NCBI GenBank assembly: GCA_040954595.2
Contig: CM082578.2
Coordinates: 11,601,166 to 11,665,165 of the forward strand
Direction: 5' to 3'
DNA from: Balanoglossus misakiensis
Lineage: Eukaryota > Animalia > Hemichordata
DNA length: 64,000 bases
The notes below the pieces were generated by a model. The model did not search any database and was not told the origin of the DNA. It saw only the letters and a program-made list of their open reading frames with translations. Of the stretch, positions 25,621-37,809 are shown in pieces; the stretch's first letter is position 1, and each line of letters opens with the position of its first letter. Made by a program: the position numbers and the translations under genes.

Positions 25621-28600
25621 TGTTACAGATCGCAAGCAATTTACTAGTAAATTGAGCATAACCGCATAGAAAATGTGCTGCACTATTAATATAGCTGAAT
25701 CAACAAATACATGTATAAGAATGCGAACCGATCTATCGTAATTTTGGCCCCGGCAATGAAATAAGACAATTATTGAAAACTGACCGTAATTTCGTAGCCA
25801 ATTATATCCCCGTTTTTTGGTATACGCGTGTACTGCCACTGGCACTAATTTCGATGCTGTGGGTTGTTTAGCAAGAGCTGCGCGCGAGCAAGACTAAACT
25901 GTTTACGAATGACGTACACTCCATGCACACCGAATTCAGGAAGTCGTCGCAATACACCAATAAGAATACCGCCGTTGAAAACTCTATTGGAAGGAATCGA
26001 AAACCTCCCGGCAAGATATCCAATTGAAATGAGTGAAAACACAGACGATGTTTCCATTGACTTGATTCAGACAGACTTGGGATGTAGACATCCTAAATAG
26101 ACTTCTAATCAAATTAATTTTAACCACGAGGTGGAATTTACAGCCACAGTGTTAATTGAATGAACGATGTCGGTGATGCCCAAACGCCTTTTGATAAGTT
26201 TATTGAAAACAACCAGTCCATTAGACCAAAACATTCAGCAAAACCAGCTTTGGGCCTTCTCTGGGCCCCCCAAGATTAAAAGATAATGGGGAATGACGTC
26301 CAAACCAATCGAATAATCTTGGCCTGTACAAGGTAACAACGTTACTAACGCGGAGACGTGAGAAAATATACTTAAAAAGTAAGGAAGAACCATCTTGTTT
26401 GTTTGTTTGTTTGTTGTCTGCTGTGGACTTTATTTGATAATTTAAACATATCATGACATAACCTACTAGTTAAGATCATGGATAAATATGGCATTTGATT
26501 TTGTTGCCATAATGCATTTTCAAGTAAGATTTTTTTAAAGGATAATGATTTCAATGAATACCTTTCTCAGTCATTCCTCTATATCTCAAAGCGGTAATCA
26601 TTAGAGGGAACCCCTTGGAACATATCTGACATGCTGCTCAGTGAATCGTGAAAGCCTTTGTGGAGGCTGACTCAAGGACTACGGCGGTAAGAGTTCCTGC
26701 ATACATGCCAATACGATATTCAATCTTGATCCTAAAGCTTTCCGCCGGTTTGTGTGCCGTCATGTTGTTTACTCTGAGTAAACTCCAACGCACCCGAGTC
26801 AAGAAAACCGATAAGATGTGTCCCCATTGCGAACGTCTGAAACGACTATTCAAACCTTGCCGTAATTGGACTCGTTCAACCCAAAGAAAATAACAAGACT
26901 TCTAAAGTAACCATCTTTGCCCCCAACTCATGATATAACACCTTCCAGGGGTAACCGCACTATGCTGCAAGCCGTAGAAATCTCTGCATCTCTTCAACGA
27001 TTTTCCTCTTCTCCCAGTTAGATTACATGGTTCTAATTCCTGCTACACGAAATAATAAAACATTCATTAATATATTAAATGAACTGCAGGCGGAGGGATA
27101 TCATGGCATTGTTCTAAGTCCACCTGAATGCTGGATAAACCTTCGCATAACCTTTGTTTTTGGATAATCTACTAATCAGACATTGCTGGGAATATGTCCA
27201 GATGCTGACCCGGAATTCACGGCAGAGCTATTAGACTAATAACCAAGTACACGTGGTACATTGCATGTTCATATATACAATGCTGGACAAGGCAGAAAGC
27301 CTTTCACACATGTTCATCATGTACATTTTCTGACTGTAAAAATACTGATTTCTAATATCTAAAATTAATCATTGCTTTAGACTGCGGAAATTATTTTTCT
27401 TTGTTTGATTCACCGTGTCAATAGCACCGTGAGTAACGCTGATTGTCGGTAGACGTGAACCGAAGTAAGTCGATATTTGAATGGGTTTAAATATTATTGT
27501 TTCATTTTAGAAATAGTATAGATGTTGATGAAAGTACAAAAGAAACCATGGTTGAGCGCACAAACTAATATGTACACGCCAGGCGTGATTTTCCCCCAGA
27601 CGCATTAATTAGCCGACTATTTTGAGTATTCGAAAATGGCTGTAATGTTTCCAACTTTTAATAGTCTGTCGGATATCTGTATCCAAAGTCTTTGAAGTGC
27701 TGTAATATTTAAACGGGTTAATTAAGTTAGACCCCAGTCTGTGCGTGAAGAGGTTTGACCGCAATCGCTATGTCGAGGTGTGAAACACCCACGTGCGGTA
27801 GCATTTACAGAAAAGTAACACTGCGTGGTTACTGCGTCACCGAGCGTTCGTTCCTATGGCAACTGTAAAGATAGGATACACGGATGTTTTGTAGTACATC
27901 AATCAAACAAACAATCAATCAATCAATTAATCAATCACTATTTGCCTTGCAATTAAAAAACCTGAAGAGTAAATACACGTTTATTCGGGTAAATATATAA
28001 TAATACCAAACGCACCCTTATTCTTCGTCGTATATAAAATACTGCATGCCCGATGGGCAGAGTTCTAAATTTAGGCCCAATGTTCGAGAAATAACCTTAA
28101 ATCTGATTACCTGGAAGAAAATTAAGGGAACTCTCTTTATTCGACAAAACAACGGGTTCTTACGCGAAATAAGATTATTGGTCCTAGGATTTCATAAATG
28201 TTAGACTCTGAAGCACACATACATCTGTATATTAAATCTGAAACCGAAACAGGTCCAATGATTATAGTGCTACCCCCAGGTAAGAAACATTAAAACCACT
28301 TGCAAGTGTGGCGGTACAGCAGTAATTAAGCCATAACATGTTCATTTAATGGTTTAATATTAATGTTGGCATATAATGTGCATGGACACTCTTGGCTGAT
28401 TTCAACGTGTGCTGATTATTTGCATATTTGTCCGTCTGCATTTTCGCATGCGCCTCACTTTAGTTTTAATGTCATGGTTCAGCCGTAGCGTTCATCTCCA
28501 AACCGAGGTGAAAATACAGGAGGAATTCAGTGCTGTGTCAACGTGAAGTGAAAGCTTTTTTTATAGTGTGATCTTTCTTGTGGGCGTAAACCCGGTTTGC

Positions 28601-31600
28601 ACCACAAGCAAGTGAACGGGAGAATGTATGTCTCCATTTTCTTTGCACCAATAAGACGCCTAATCGTTCCGGAAGTGCCTACATGCAGCAGGTGCCACGC
28701 CACGCAGTATAATCACCCACTTAGCCATCGTAGGGTGCTCTATATGAGATGCTAGTCAAACGTAATACAGCTTAGTGTGCTAGGAAAGGCATTTTAAATA
28801 GGACACCTCTGGATCTTTTGCAACCGCCATTCTGACAAAACGATACTTTAACTTCTCGTTATAGGTAGCCGCCAGAAGTACCCGCTGTCGTCACGTGATG
28901 AACCCCAAAATCTATTTTCAATTACGCCACTGTCGATACCAGAACTAATTTAGGACACACTTCGTAATTTCTTAAGCGATCATCGAGATTGGCAAAGACA
29001 ATATTACCACTATACCGTCATTACACAGTAATTTCCGGGGTCAATTCGGTTTTGCTGCGTCAATCTCGGCTTGTTCTTGCGCTACCAGTCGGTGAAATAA
29101 AATTCTAAAACGTAGAGGGTATATGTCCTTGCTTAAGTTGTTAATATTCAGCGCGTGTTTTGCGATACCTTGTGACGCACTGCATTTTTATAACAGTCAT
29201 CAAATCGCAATATGTGAAGACGCGTGGCGGGTCACATTTGCGAAAGTTGTAAAGTTTGAAATGTCAATTCAACGCAAAAGTATCTTTTAGTTGACATTAA
29301 ACGTGCCGGTCACAAAATAAACACACTTTCATCCTAATGGCGCCGGCAATAATGGTAACTCAGCATTCATTAAAAAAGCCCATCGTTAACATTGAAGAGG
29401 TTCTTACTGGGTGCGATTACGATATTACGATTGATGGTTTCCCGCCTTAGTAGAAACAATTATTTGAAAGGGGTTTGGATCTCTAATGGGTATGAAAATC
29501 CAATCTTCACTAGAGGCGCCCAACTTTTCAGCTTGACTGTCACGAACCATCTCATCGCCAGGAATACGACTCCGGACGGAGTCAATATCTGTTTATCTAG
29601 AGACCGCCCGAGTTTTAAGCAACTCTTTTCTTTATTACCACCTCGAGAAGTTTTCATGCTAAGTATTTTTTTTTCATTTAAGAGATGCTATTTCCCGTAT
29701 CATGCAAAGTCGTCCGGTATTGGAAAGTACTGATTACTCAACGACGTTGTAATGGATTGAAACCATTACGTATTGAACAGTTGCTGTATTAAAATCAATA
29801 ATTCTTCTCCGATAAAGTGCATTCACATTATATCGGAACCTACAAATGTCCCTGCCAGACGACGGCTTGCTTTTTATGTAACAGTAATTAGACGTCGAGC
29901 GCTCATATTTAATTTATGAAGCCGTGTATTGGGATGCATTTGTGCTGGTGCATCTCTGTAATTATTACTTCGCCATAAATCACCGCTTTATGCCGAACCG
30001 AACGTTGCAATATTTATATATCCGCATTGATAATGGCGAGAAAGCTTGTCATACGTGTGTATACTTCTGCTTACAACGTTGTCTAGGGTTGGCGGGCGGT
30101 TACGTGGTGACTGCCTGTTTGAGTGGTTTCCCCTCCGTCCAACGAACTATTGTGTGCCCGCAGTGTTTGCGAGAAATCTAATCAACATGCAGCAGTGCAA
30201 CTCGATACTCGCACTTCCTCAGTCTCAACACAAGAAACAGCCATTTGACAATTATCACTAAGTTTAATGACCTCACAACCACAATGACTTAAAGAGAAAC
30301 GAAATATACTTTACTGTAATTGAGGTGTACAATCGAACATGAAGAGGCCATTACAACCGACTGCGGATTTCTTTACTTTAAAAAAAAGCACGTATATTTT
30401 TAGATGAGACCTAGTTCCAAAGCACCCCTGTGTTTTTTCTTCTTCAGCATTTGGGAAATATAAACGAGTAGGCGCCCCGAGAGCTCGGTATAGCCGCTGG
30501 AAATCTGCCGCATAAATGATTGAATATTGTAGTTCTTCAAACTCTGGACACGTTCAACGCGACACTACCTGTGGCGACGCCGGCCTCTGGAGTGCCGCGG
30601 ATGGTCTGTTTGTCAATGTGACCGCTGCGTTTCAATGTCGTCGACACTTAAAATTCGTCCTTCATATCATCTGCTGCGTTTTTCTCTCTTTCATTTGGGA
30701 ACAGAATTTGCTTTGAACACGGTGTTGATCGGTATTAGCTAAAGAGCAGTTTCGAAGTTGACGCCGACTACAAATTCAAGGCAAGGTTATTGTGGATAAT
30801 AGGTAATAGCAAGCATACATGTACATATACACATACACGCATAGGGCGGTATGTCATTAGTTGTTCCTGTCCAACACGCAATGATAAGTGTTTCCTCTTC
30901 TCTGCAATTCAGCAAGGAGCTTGCCGCTATAGTTGTGCGTTAAGGACTTCATATATTTGCTTGGCATGGCCCCATATTCAGAAGGATGCTAGAGGCTATA
31001 TCTCTGCAACGCCTTTGAGCGAAACTCTTTTCGTGGGATAACGGCGTCCTTCTGATTTTCATCATTTTATTGCGAATTTTAGCTGTCGCTCTGGGGTATT
31101 CAACCTACTAAAAAAAATGGATGACCCCACTTGCCACGAATATCTATCATACAAAACACTGCTGTTCTGTAGCCTTTTTACGGCACGGTATCAGCTTGCA
31201 CACTCGACGAGGTATGGCAACTTCCGCGATGAATATGATAAGTATATCACTTAGTTCCGTTGAATGTTATCGAGATAGTAAAGACTATTAATTTACAGAA
31301 CAACGGATACACTTTTGAGATCATTCATATCAGATTCTCAGGTCGTCTTCAAGTTTCAGAGTGTCTCTCTCTTCGCATTGTCGCTATCAGGAAATGGGGC
31401 ACATATGTCAATTTTTAAGCGATGCAATACTATAAGAGTGACAACACTAATTCATCGAAAGCGTCGGACTACATTTATTCATGCGAGTAGCATCAGCCAG
31501 GTTATCGATGAGACGATTAGCATTGGCTTCCATACTCAAATGATTACACCTATCGCCTGGTATATCTGTAACCAACTCAAACTAAATTTGCGGCGAATTA

Positions 31601-32194
31601 GCAACCGCAGACTTTCTGTTGACATTTCGGCTTCCGTGAATGATCGAGGTTGACTACCTTGTTATTGAATTACTTTTCATATAAAATATTGTTCATTTAA
31701 TTCACTATTACTTAGAGAATGTATTCAGAAGGCTTATACCATAATTGCTTTTTATTCATTGCGAACCCATCCATTACATTCAGTTAAGAATTTAGTTTTT
31801 CGCCATGCAAATTAGTAACTTGCAGATATAGCGCAGGTGTGCCACAAAGTGTGGGGTCTAGCCTTTTACTTATTTACAAATATCAGGGTTCGCTCATTCC
31901 GACTGAGTGGTAATATTGTAGTTACTCACAACACCATATATACCTGCGGCTCCTCACATAGCCCATGCAAGTCCATACACGGCCTATTTTGTGTATACAT
32001 GTAGCCTAGGCTATTTTAATACAGCTTATATCGTTGAGTACTTATCTGGTATCTAACGCTTTCAAGCTTGTGGCAGTGGCGAATTTATAGCGCGTTTATA
32101 CTAAATCCAAAATAAATACAAAATGGTTCTTTAAAAATTAATGCGCGACACGTGACTGTGCAGAAAACGAAGACTTTCCGACCAACATGTATAC

Positions 32195-32944
32195 TGTTAC
32201 GTAGGAGAAGTTTGCTGTTGTTTTGTGACCAGGTGTGTTTTCGCTTACTTTCGTAATTTGAATATTTGCGTGACCAGGTGTGGTGCATTCATTATTTCCC
32301 CATATAAAAAGCCCGCACGTCGTGTTGCGGCGTAGCTACTAATTTGGACTTGCCCGTGTGAGCTGTTCTGTTCCTCGCCGGCTTGGAAGCTGTGCCGTAT
32401 TTCATGATGCACTGGTCTGGAAACCGCGCCCAGAAGCTGTGCTGTATTTCATGCTGTCCTGGTCTGGAAACCGCGCCCAGAAGCCGTGTTGTTTCATGCT
32501 GTCCTGGTCTGGAAACCGCGCCCAGAAGTCGTGCTACCTCATTGGGAATTCGTCCGAAAGCCGTGCCGTCTACCGGAGAATTGTGCCAGGACGCTACGTC
32601 GTTGTTGGGACTGAACGTCGCTGTTGGGACTGCCGTGGTGCTGGTCGCGTTCGTCGCGCGCTACAGAACCGTGGACTTTATTCTTTCATTTCCCACACCT
32701 GGTCACATTTAAGGTAGTCATTTATTTTACTGTGTTTTTTCCTCAGTGTACAGTCATTTTATATTTACCAATGTTTAGTTGTAGTAATTAAACGTTTCCA
32801 TAAGCAAGGAAATAACGTGTGGTGTGCCTATTGTTGACCGTCTTTGTTGCGTGCTTCGCTGGTTGGTTCACCAAAGCGAGCCATTCAGTAAGTCTATTTG
32901 CTCACTGCCCTGTTTCGGAACTGAACGGCCAGCGTGTCGTAACA
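32195..32944 (+). mobile_element. Solo LTR (750 bp), probably Gypsy/Ty3-type
   Basis: Starts TGTTACG (32195) and ends CGTAACA (32944), a 7-bp terminal inverted repeat with TG...CA ends. Exact 4-bp TSD ATAC at 32191-32194 and 32945-32948. TATAAAA at 32303, ATTAAA at 32787, internal tandem repeats, no adjacent gag/pol. Confidence 0.85.
32386..32535 (+). repeat. Three-copy 45-47-bp tandem repeat inside the solo LTR
   Basis: Core CTGGTCTGGAAACCGCGCCCAGAAG at 32412, 32459 and 32504. Confidence 0.9.
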
Positions 32945-33658
32945 ATACTTTATGTCAAAAATGCTGTCCAATTGGATAGATATTTCGCTGTGGATGCAAG
33001 AGGACGTGCGTTTACCCCACCCTTGGTTACAATGTAGCCCAAAGGTTTTTATTCCTCGCATGATTCTTCTTTGAAATCTTAACTGAAGAAAGAGCCTTTT
33101 GCCAATGGGGGAACTCCATTATGAATAATTCGAATATACCATTATTGATTCGGACTTGTCCTTGATCAGGCATTATTCATATAATGCAAGGGGCATGTAT
33201 CATTTCGATCACTAATACCATATATGTATGCTATATGATATAAGCATGACCCGAAGGGCGCCGAGCCTGCCCAGACGCAAAGTTATTTGAAAGTATGAAA
33301 TTTAAAACGAACACGTGGTGCAGTGTGTGAAAGATGTAAATCACAGTCATTCAGAAACACTGCAGTCGCTTTCGCTGTCAAAGGCTTAGCTTGAAGGTCT
33401 GGTTGTAAATGTCGAATGGGAGATTGTTGATCGATATATAGCTTCAGGGACACGGCTGGCCCCAGTGTACTCTTGTAGAACCTTTGTGATTCCATCGCAC
33501 CGCCATGCACTCACCGTTACCAAGCTAATCCCACTTACGGTATTCTGAAATGAAATTGATGCACAACTCGGCGTTCATCCGGACTGTCGTTTTTCAAGTT
33601 TAATCGCCGGCTTATTTTCAGGGGCATGGGAACGGCACTCCGGGTCTCGCTATCAGGG

Positions 33659-33715
33659 CATGACACCGTCGAGCCTATTAATAACAGCATTATTAATAGT
33701 CTTGACGGTGTCGTG
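33659..33715. repeat. 26-bp inverted repeat / hairpin with 5-nt loop
   Basis: CATGACACCGTCGAGCCTATTAATAA-CAGCA-TTATTAATAGTCTTGACGGTGTCGTG: 23 Watson-Crick pairs, 2 G:T pairs on the + strand and 1 mismatch. Confidence 0.85.
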
Positions 33716-36630
33716 GCTGTGTGTTTATATAAATATTAATGGCGAGTTGGAAACTGCACAAGCGTGTCTCTCACGGCGACCCACGCTGATTTACGCAAGC
33801 AACAATCAATAAACCGAAACTAGGGTTGGAGTTGAAATGAATACTGTTCTATAATCCTGACGAAAAGTGACACAGTTGCTTGGCAGGAATAAAGACACGG
33901 AAGGGTTCAGCATAGAGCCTCTACTACAGCTCAGGATCTGGTGGATTGAAAGTGGTATTCGCTATTTGTTAGAAATAAATGAACAGAGAAAAGCACCCAC
34001 GCACACGTCCATGCGATCAGTCTGTTTACAAAAAGAGCATTCGTAAAACATGCATTATCAAATGTAAATTTCGCCTATCAACAGGCGAGGTGCGTAGACT
34101 GCAGGCCTGGTGGGAAAAAAACCGACAAACTACATATAACATTCTGATGAAATCGTGTGATGCCTAGGGGACACATGCGCTACATTTTCATTAGTCCCTG
34201 AAAACTGTTTTATCTTGTATCAGCCTGCAATTCATCCGTCTACAAAAGAGGGTGTTTCTTGGAAAGATTTTACAGCTGTCACAGATGAGAAAGGGATCCG
34301 GATCCGTCCATTGCTGTGCCCATAGCTTGCTTTTCCAAATGGGAGTCGAGTGTTTGCCTGCTTTGCCATCAAGCATCAGCGAGCGTACGTGCAAGTATTT
34401 CGCAAACAGCGGTCGTGACGGCAACACCAATCCGCGCACTTTCCATCAATTTCTGCCGACAACAATGTGTGGAAATAAATTACGTCATGATGCTGTGAGC
34501 CACTGGTGGCATTTCTATTCATTTAACAAGCTTTGCGTTTTATTTCTGGAGAAAAAAAGTGCACCCTAATACCCATTACTGCCAGTTGGGCCTTTCAGTT
34601 ACAACCTCTCGGGAATTTGGTCTGATGTTTGAGGCGCTAACAAAAAGTTCTCTCCTGGGCAACGCACAGAAGCCCGCGTGACTCAAAACAGCGGAAATTT
34701 AAAGGACACTCGTGTATATACCACGTCCCACGTGGGCATTCCTTCCCACTCGCAACTAAATAGTTCAAAAGATCTCAGACAAAGCGAAATAAATTCGGCA
34801 AGATTGACCGAACCTTATCAAGAATTAAAATAGTTATGGGCCATTAACTTCGCAGCCAATGAAATGATTGAATTCCCACAGGCATGCGCAAGATATTCAA
34901 TTTATCCCTCACTATTGGCGGAATGTGGCTGTTCGTATCCTGCTTTTTATGGCTTATCGCAAAGGCGCCTGATTTCAGACCCTACCACCTTATGATTAGA
35001 TTTGAAGTGTGGCTATAATTCACTTTGTCTCGGGGTGACTGCAGTAATTGCTAGCGATACGGCTCGCCACCCCTTTGACAACAGCCCTGGCAAATTTGTT
35101 GTTGTAATTGAGTCTCCATGGTGACCAAATTCTTATTCATTCCCTTTCCTGATTTGGCTATAATATACAGTGAGGCGAAACTTACTCCATGCACGTTCAA
35201 GTTATATTTAGAGTTAGTTTTATAAACCTTCCTTTAGACATACTACGCTAAAAATTTATCAAATAACTGTTGGCCGGTGATACCCAAATAAACCGATGGA
35301 GCGGCGTGTGGACTCGAGTAACGAAAAGGATCTATACCTGCCGGGTGTAATCACAGCAGATTCCACGGCGCTTCGCCTCTCTAATTGGCAATCGTGCCAA
35401 TATTTGTAAGCGAAATGGTTGCGCAGGCTTTGACAATGAGTGGATCAGACAGCGCATGCCTCGACCAAACTATTTCACCTCTGCCTTACATGATAACTTG
35501 CTTGTCAAAATGTTGCACCGGGGCTATTTATGGCTGGTAGTCTTAAACGCGAAATGAAACGGGTGTGGCATGCATGTTTGCAAGGCAATAACTTGTTAAC
35601 TTTGTCGTATAAATTGTTCACGTTTCAGACAAATCGAGCTCTGTCTTGATTTTGAGTTTGAACCGTTCAGATCAATATTGATGGATGTATTATAGAGGAT
35701 TTCATGGACGGGTGCTCTATCCCCAGGCGGACGGGGTAGCCGTTAACATAATTCCATTAATCTTGTCGATTTAAACTGGCCGCGATGATACTACAATGCG
35801 CTAATGAATCCATCCGGCTGATTGATCGATCAAACCAAGATATTTAATGCGCATAAAATGCAGATGTAAATCAAAGATTTAGAGACAGGAGCTGAAGGTA
35901 AAGACGAGCCAAGACGCGTAAAAAAAATACCCATCAGGCACATGCGCGTAAAGAAGATACGTCATCATCATTAGGGATGTGCATTTCAGTATCTGTTTAC
36001 CGCCACAGGTCCTAGTCGACGACTAGTTACCGCGAATTGTGTTTTTTAACACGCCTGCCGTTGTGGGGCCATAGCAATCTGATGGTTGGACACAACCTAA
36101 TCAGTTAATTCATTGAATGTGACCTTTGAGACAGCCAGACCAACACATCAAATGCATTCCTAGGTCAAACACTCTGCCAGTTTCAATAAGAGAAGTGGCG
36201 ACCTTCTCCACGCGCTGCTCACAAACACCTAAACTCGAAAGCTTACAGGTGGGATGGATTCTCAACCCCGCGCTAACTGAATCACACAGAACACCCCCAA
36301 CGGACGACATTGCATGATTTGAACTCCTTCGATATTCACGAGCCATTGACGTCGCCGGGCCCACATTCGCATTTGAGAAGCTAACAATGAATAGTGATGA
36401 TAACTCAAACGAACGTCATAAGCCATCCACAAGGGTGTTATCTTCCTTAATGGTTAATTTTCCACAAGACCTGTTGGCAGACGACAACTCATCGCGAGAG
36501 AAGAAAAAAAAGCCCGCTGTTTTCACGCACGCGCAGTGTGGCGACGCTCTTCTCTTTTATCAGTTGGCTTACCCAATTTCTCCGATTATAATTTCCGGCT
36601 GTTAAGAGCGCTTGTGGATTCCCATCGCTG

Positions 36631-36655
36631 TCTCCACTCTTCTTTTTTTCGCCAG
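36631..36655 (+). other. 3' splice acceptor upstream of the GPCR coding exon
   Basis: TCTCCACTCTTCTTTTTTTCGCCAG|G, a long polypyrimidine tract plus CAG 29 nt before the ATG at 36685. Confidence 0.65.
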
Positions 36656-36684
36656 GAACAGCCACCTCGTCGAAGACGCCAAAT

Positions 36685-37809
36685 ATGTGTGAGGATAGAG
36701 GAGGGAGCGGCGACTTCACGTCGTGTTTTTCCAACAACAGCGCCGAGAGAGGGAACACTTCTATCGATGTCTGCTCCGTCGACAACTCGACTCTAGACTT
36801 GGTCGCTGCCGTGATAGGAACCATAGGTATCATTGGTAACGTAACGTTTATGGTAGTCGTATGTCGAATTCCGTACATGAGAAATGCCACCAACTATTTT
36901 CTCATAAGCCTGGCGACGTCAGACTTTCTCTACCTTCTCGGGCACACACTGTGCCGGGAGGACTGGTACGCCAAGTCCGACTGGATAAATGTTGCAGGGA
37001 ACCGAGAAATATTACAGTGCGTACGGTGGGGGAGTACGACCCCTTCGTACTCCAGCTCCATACTCTCCGTCATGTTTATAAGCATAGAACGCTACCTTGC
37101 CATCTGTAAGCCGTTCACGCGGCAGTCTAGGGGTCTGAAGAAATCCTCCCGGGTCATCATTCTGGTTGTCTCGTCCTGGCTATTCGGGGCGGCCATCGGT
37201 TTGTCGGGCCTCCTCAGGTGCTACATGGAAAGCCCCAGCGAGAAGGTCATACTCGTCGTCAATTATGCGTACACGGTTGTGGAAGTGGTCGCATTTTTCA
37301 TATCCCTGATGGTGGTCATAGTTTTGTACACGATAGCCGCCAAGCGCCTGAAGAAGTCGACCCAGGAGATTGCGTACTCCCCTCAAAATATTCGGGACCG
37401 GAGTCAAGTCATGCGCCTTTGCATAATCACCGCAGCTGTATACTTCACCTGTATATTCCCCCGGATTGTCTTCCAGATGGCCGCGTTTTACGACTTGCTG
37501 GCGGAGCATATCAACATATTTGAGTTGCTGTCGTGTCTGAACGAAGTCACAATCATCATCTTGATGTTTAACAGCGCCGTTAATCCGATCATTTACAATG
37601 CCACCAGCACGAAATATCGGGACGCCTTCATCATCACTGTGTCTTGCCTCTCCATCGAGCACCTGGGGCGCTCCTCCTCCGACCGCCGCTCGTTCTCCCG
37701 CACGCGGCAAACGTCCCTGGATTACCGGCAAGTCCGCACCCAGGACAGCAAGCACAGACGGGGAAAGGAAACGTCTCTGCGAACGCGGAATGCCAACCGG
37801 AGGCATTAG
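36685..37809 (+). CDS. Rhodopsin-class (class A) GPCR, orphan, peptide-receptor-like, 374 aa
   Basis: Seven hydrophobic segments with class A motifs: TM1 GIIGN, TM2 TNYFLISLATSD, Cys at the top of TM3, SIERYLAICKP, TM4 Trp (SSWLFG), ECL2 Cys, TM6 YFTCIFP, TM7 NSAVNPIIY, helix 8 KYRDAF. N-terminal sequons NNS/NTS/NST and a Ser/Thr/Arg-rich tail. GC is higher than in the flanks. Confidence 0.96.
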   Translation: MCEDRGGSGDFTSCFSNNSAERGNTSIDVCSVDNSTLDLVAAVIGTIGIIGNVTFMVVVCRIPYMRNATNYFLISLATSDFLYLLGHTLCREDWYAKSDWINVAGNREILQCVRWGSTTPSYSSSILSVMFISIERYLAICKPFTRQSRGLKKSSRVIILVVSSWLFGAAIGLSGLLRCYMESPSEKVILVVNYAYTVVEVVAFFISLMVVIVLYTIAAKRLKKSTQEIAYSPQNIRDRSQVMRLCIITAAVYFTCIFPRIVFQMAAFYDLLAEHINIFELLSCLNEVTIIILMFNSAVNPIIYNATSTKYRDAFIITVSCLSIEHLGRSSSDRRSFSRTRQTSLDYRQVRTQDSKHRRGKETSLRTRNANRRH

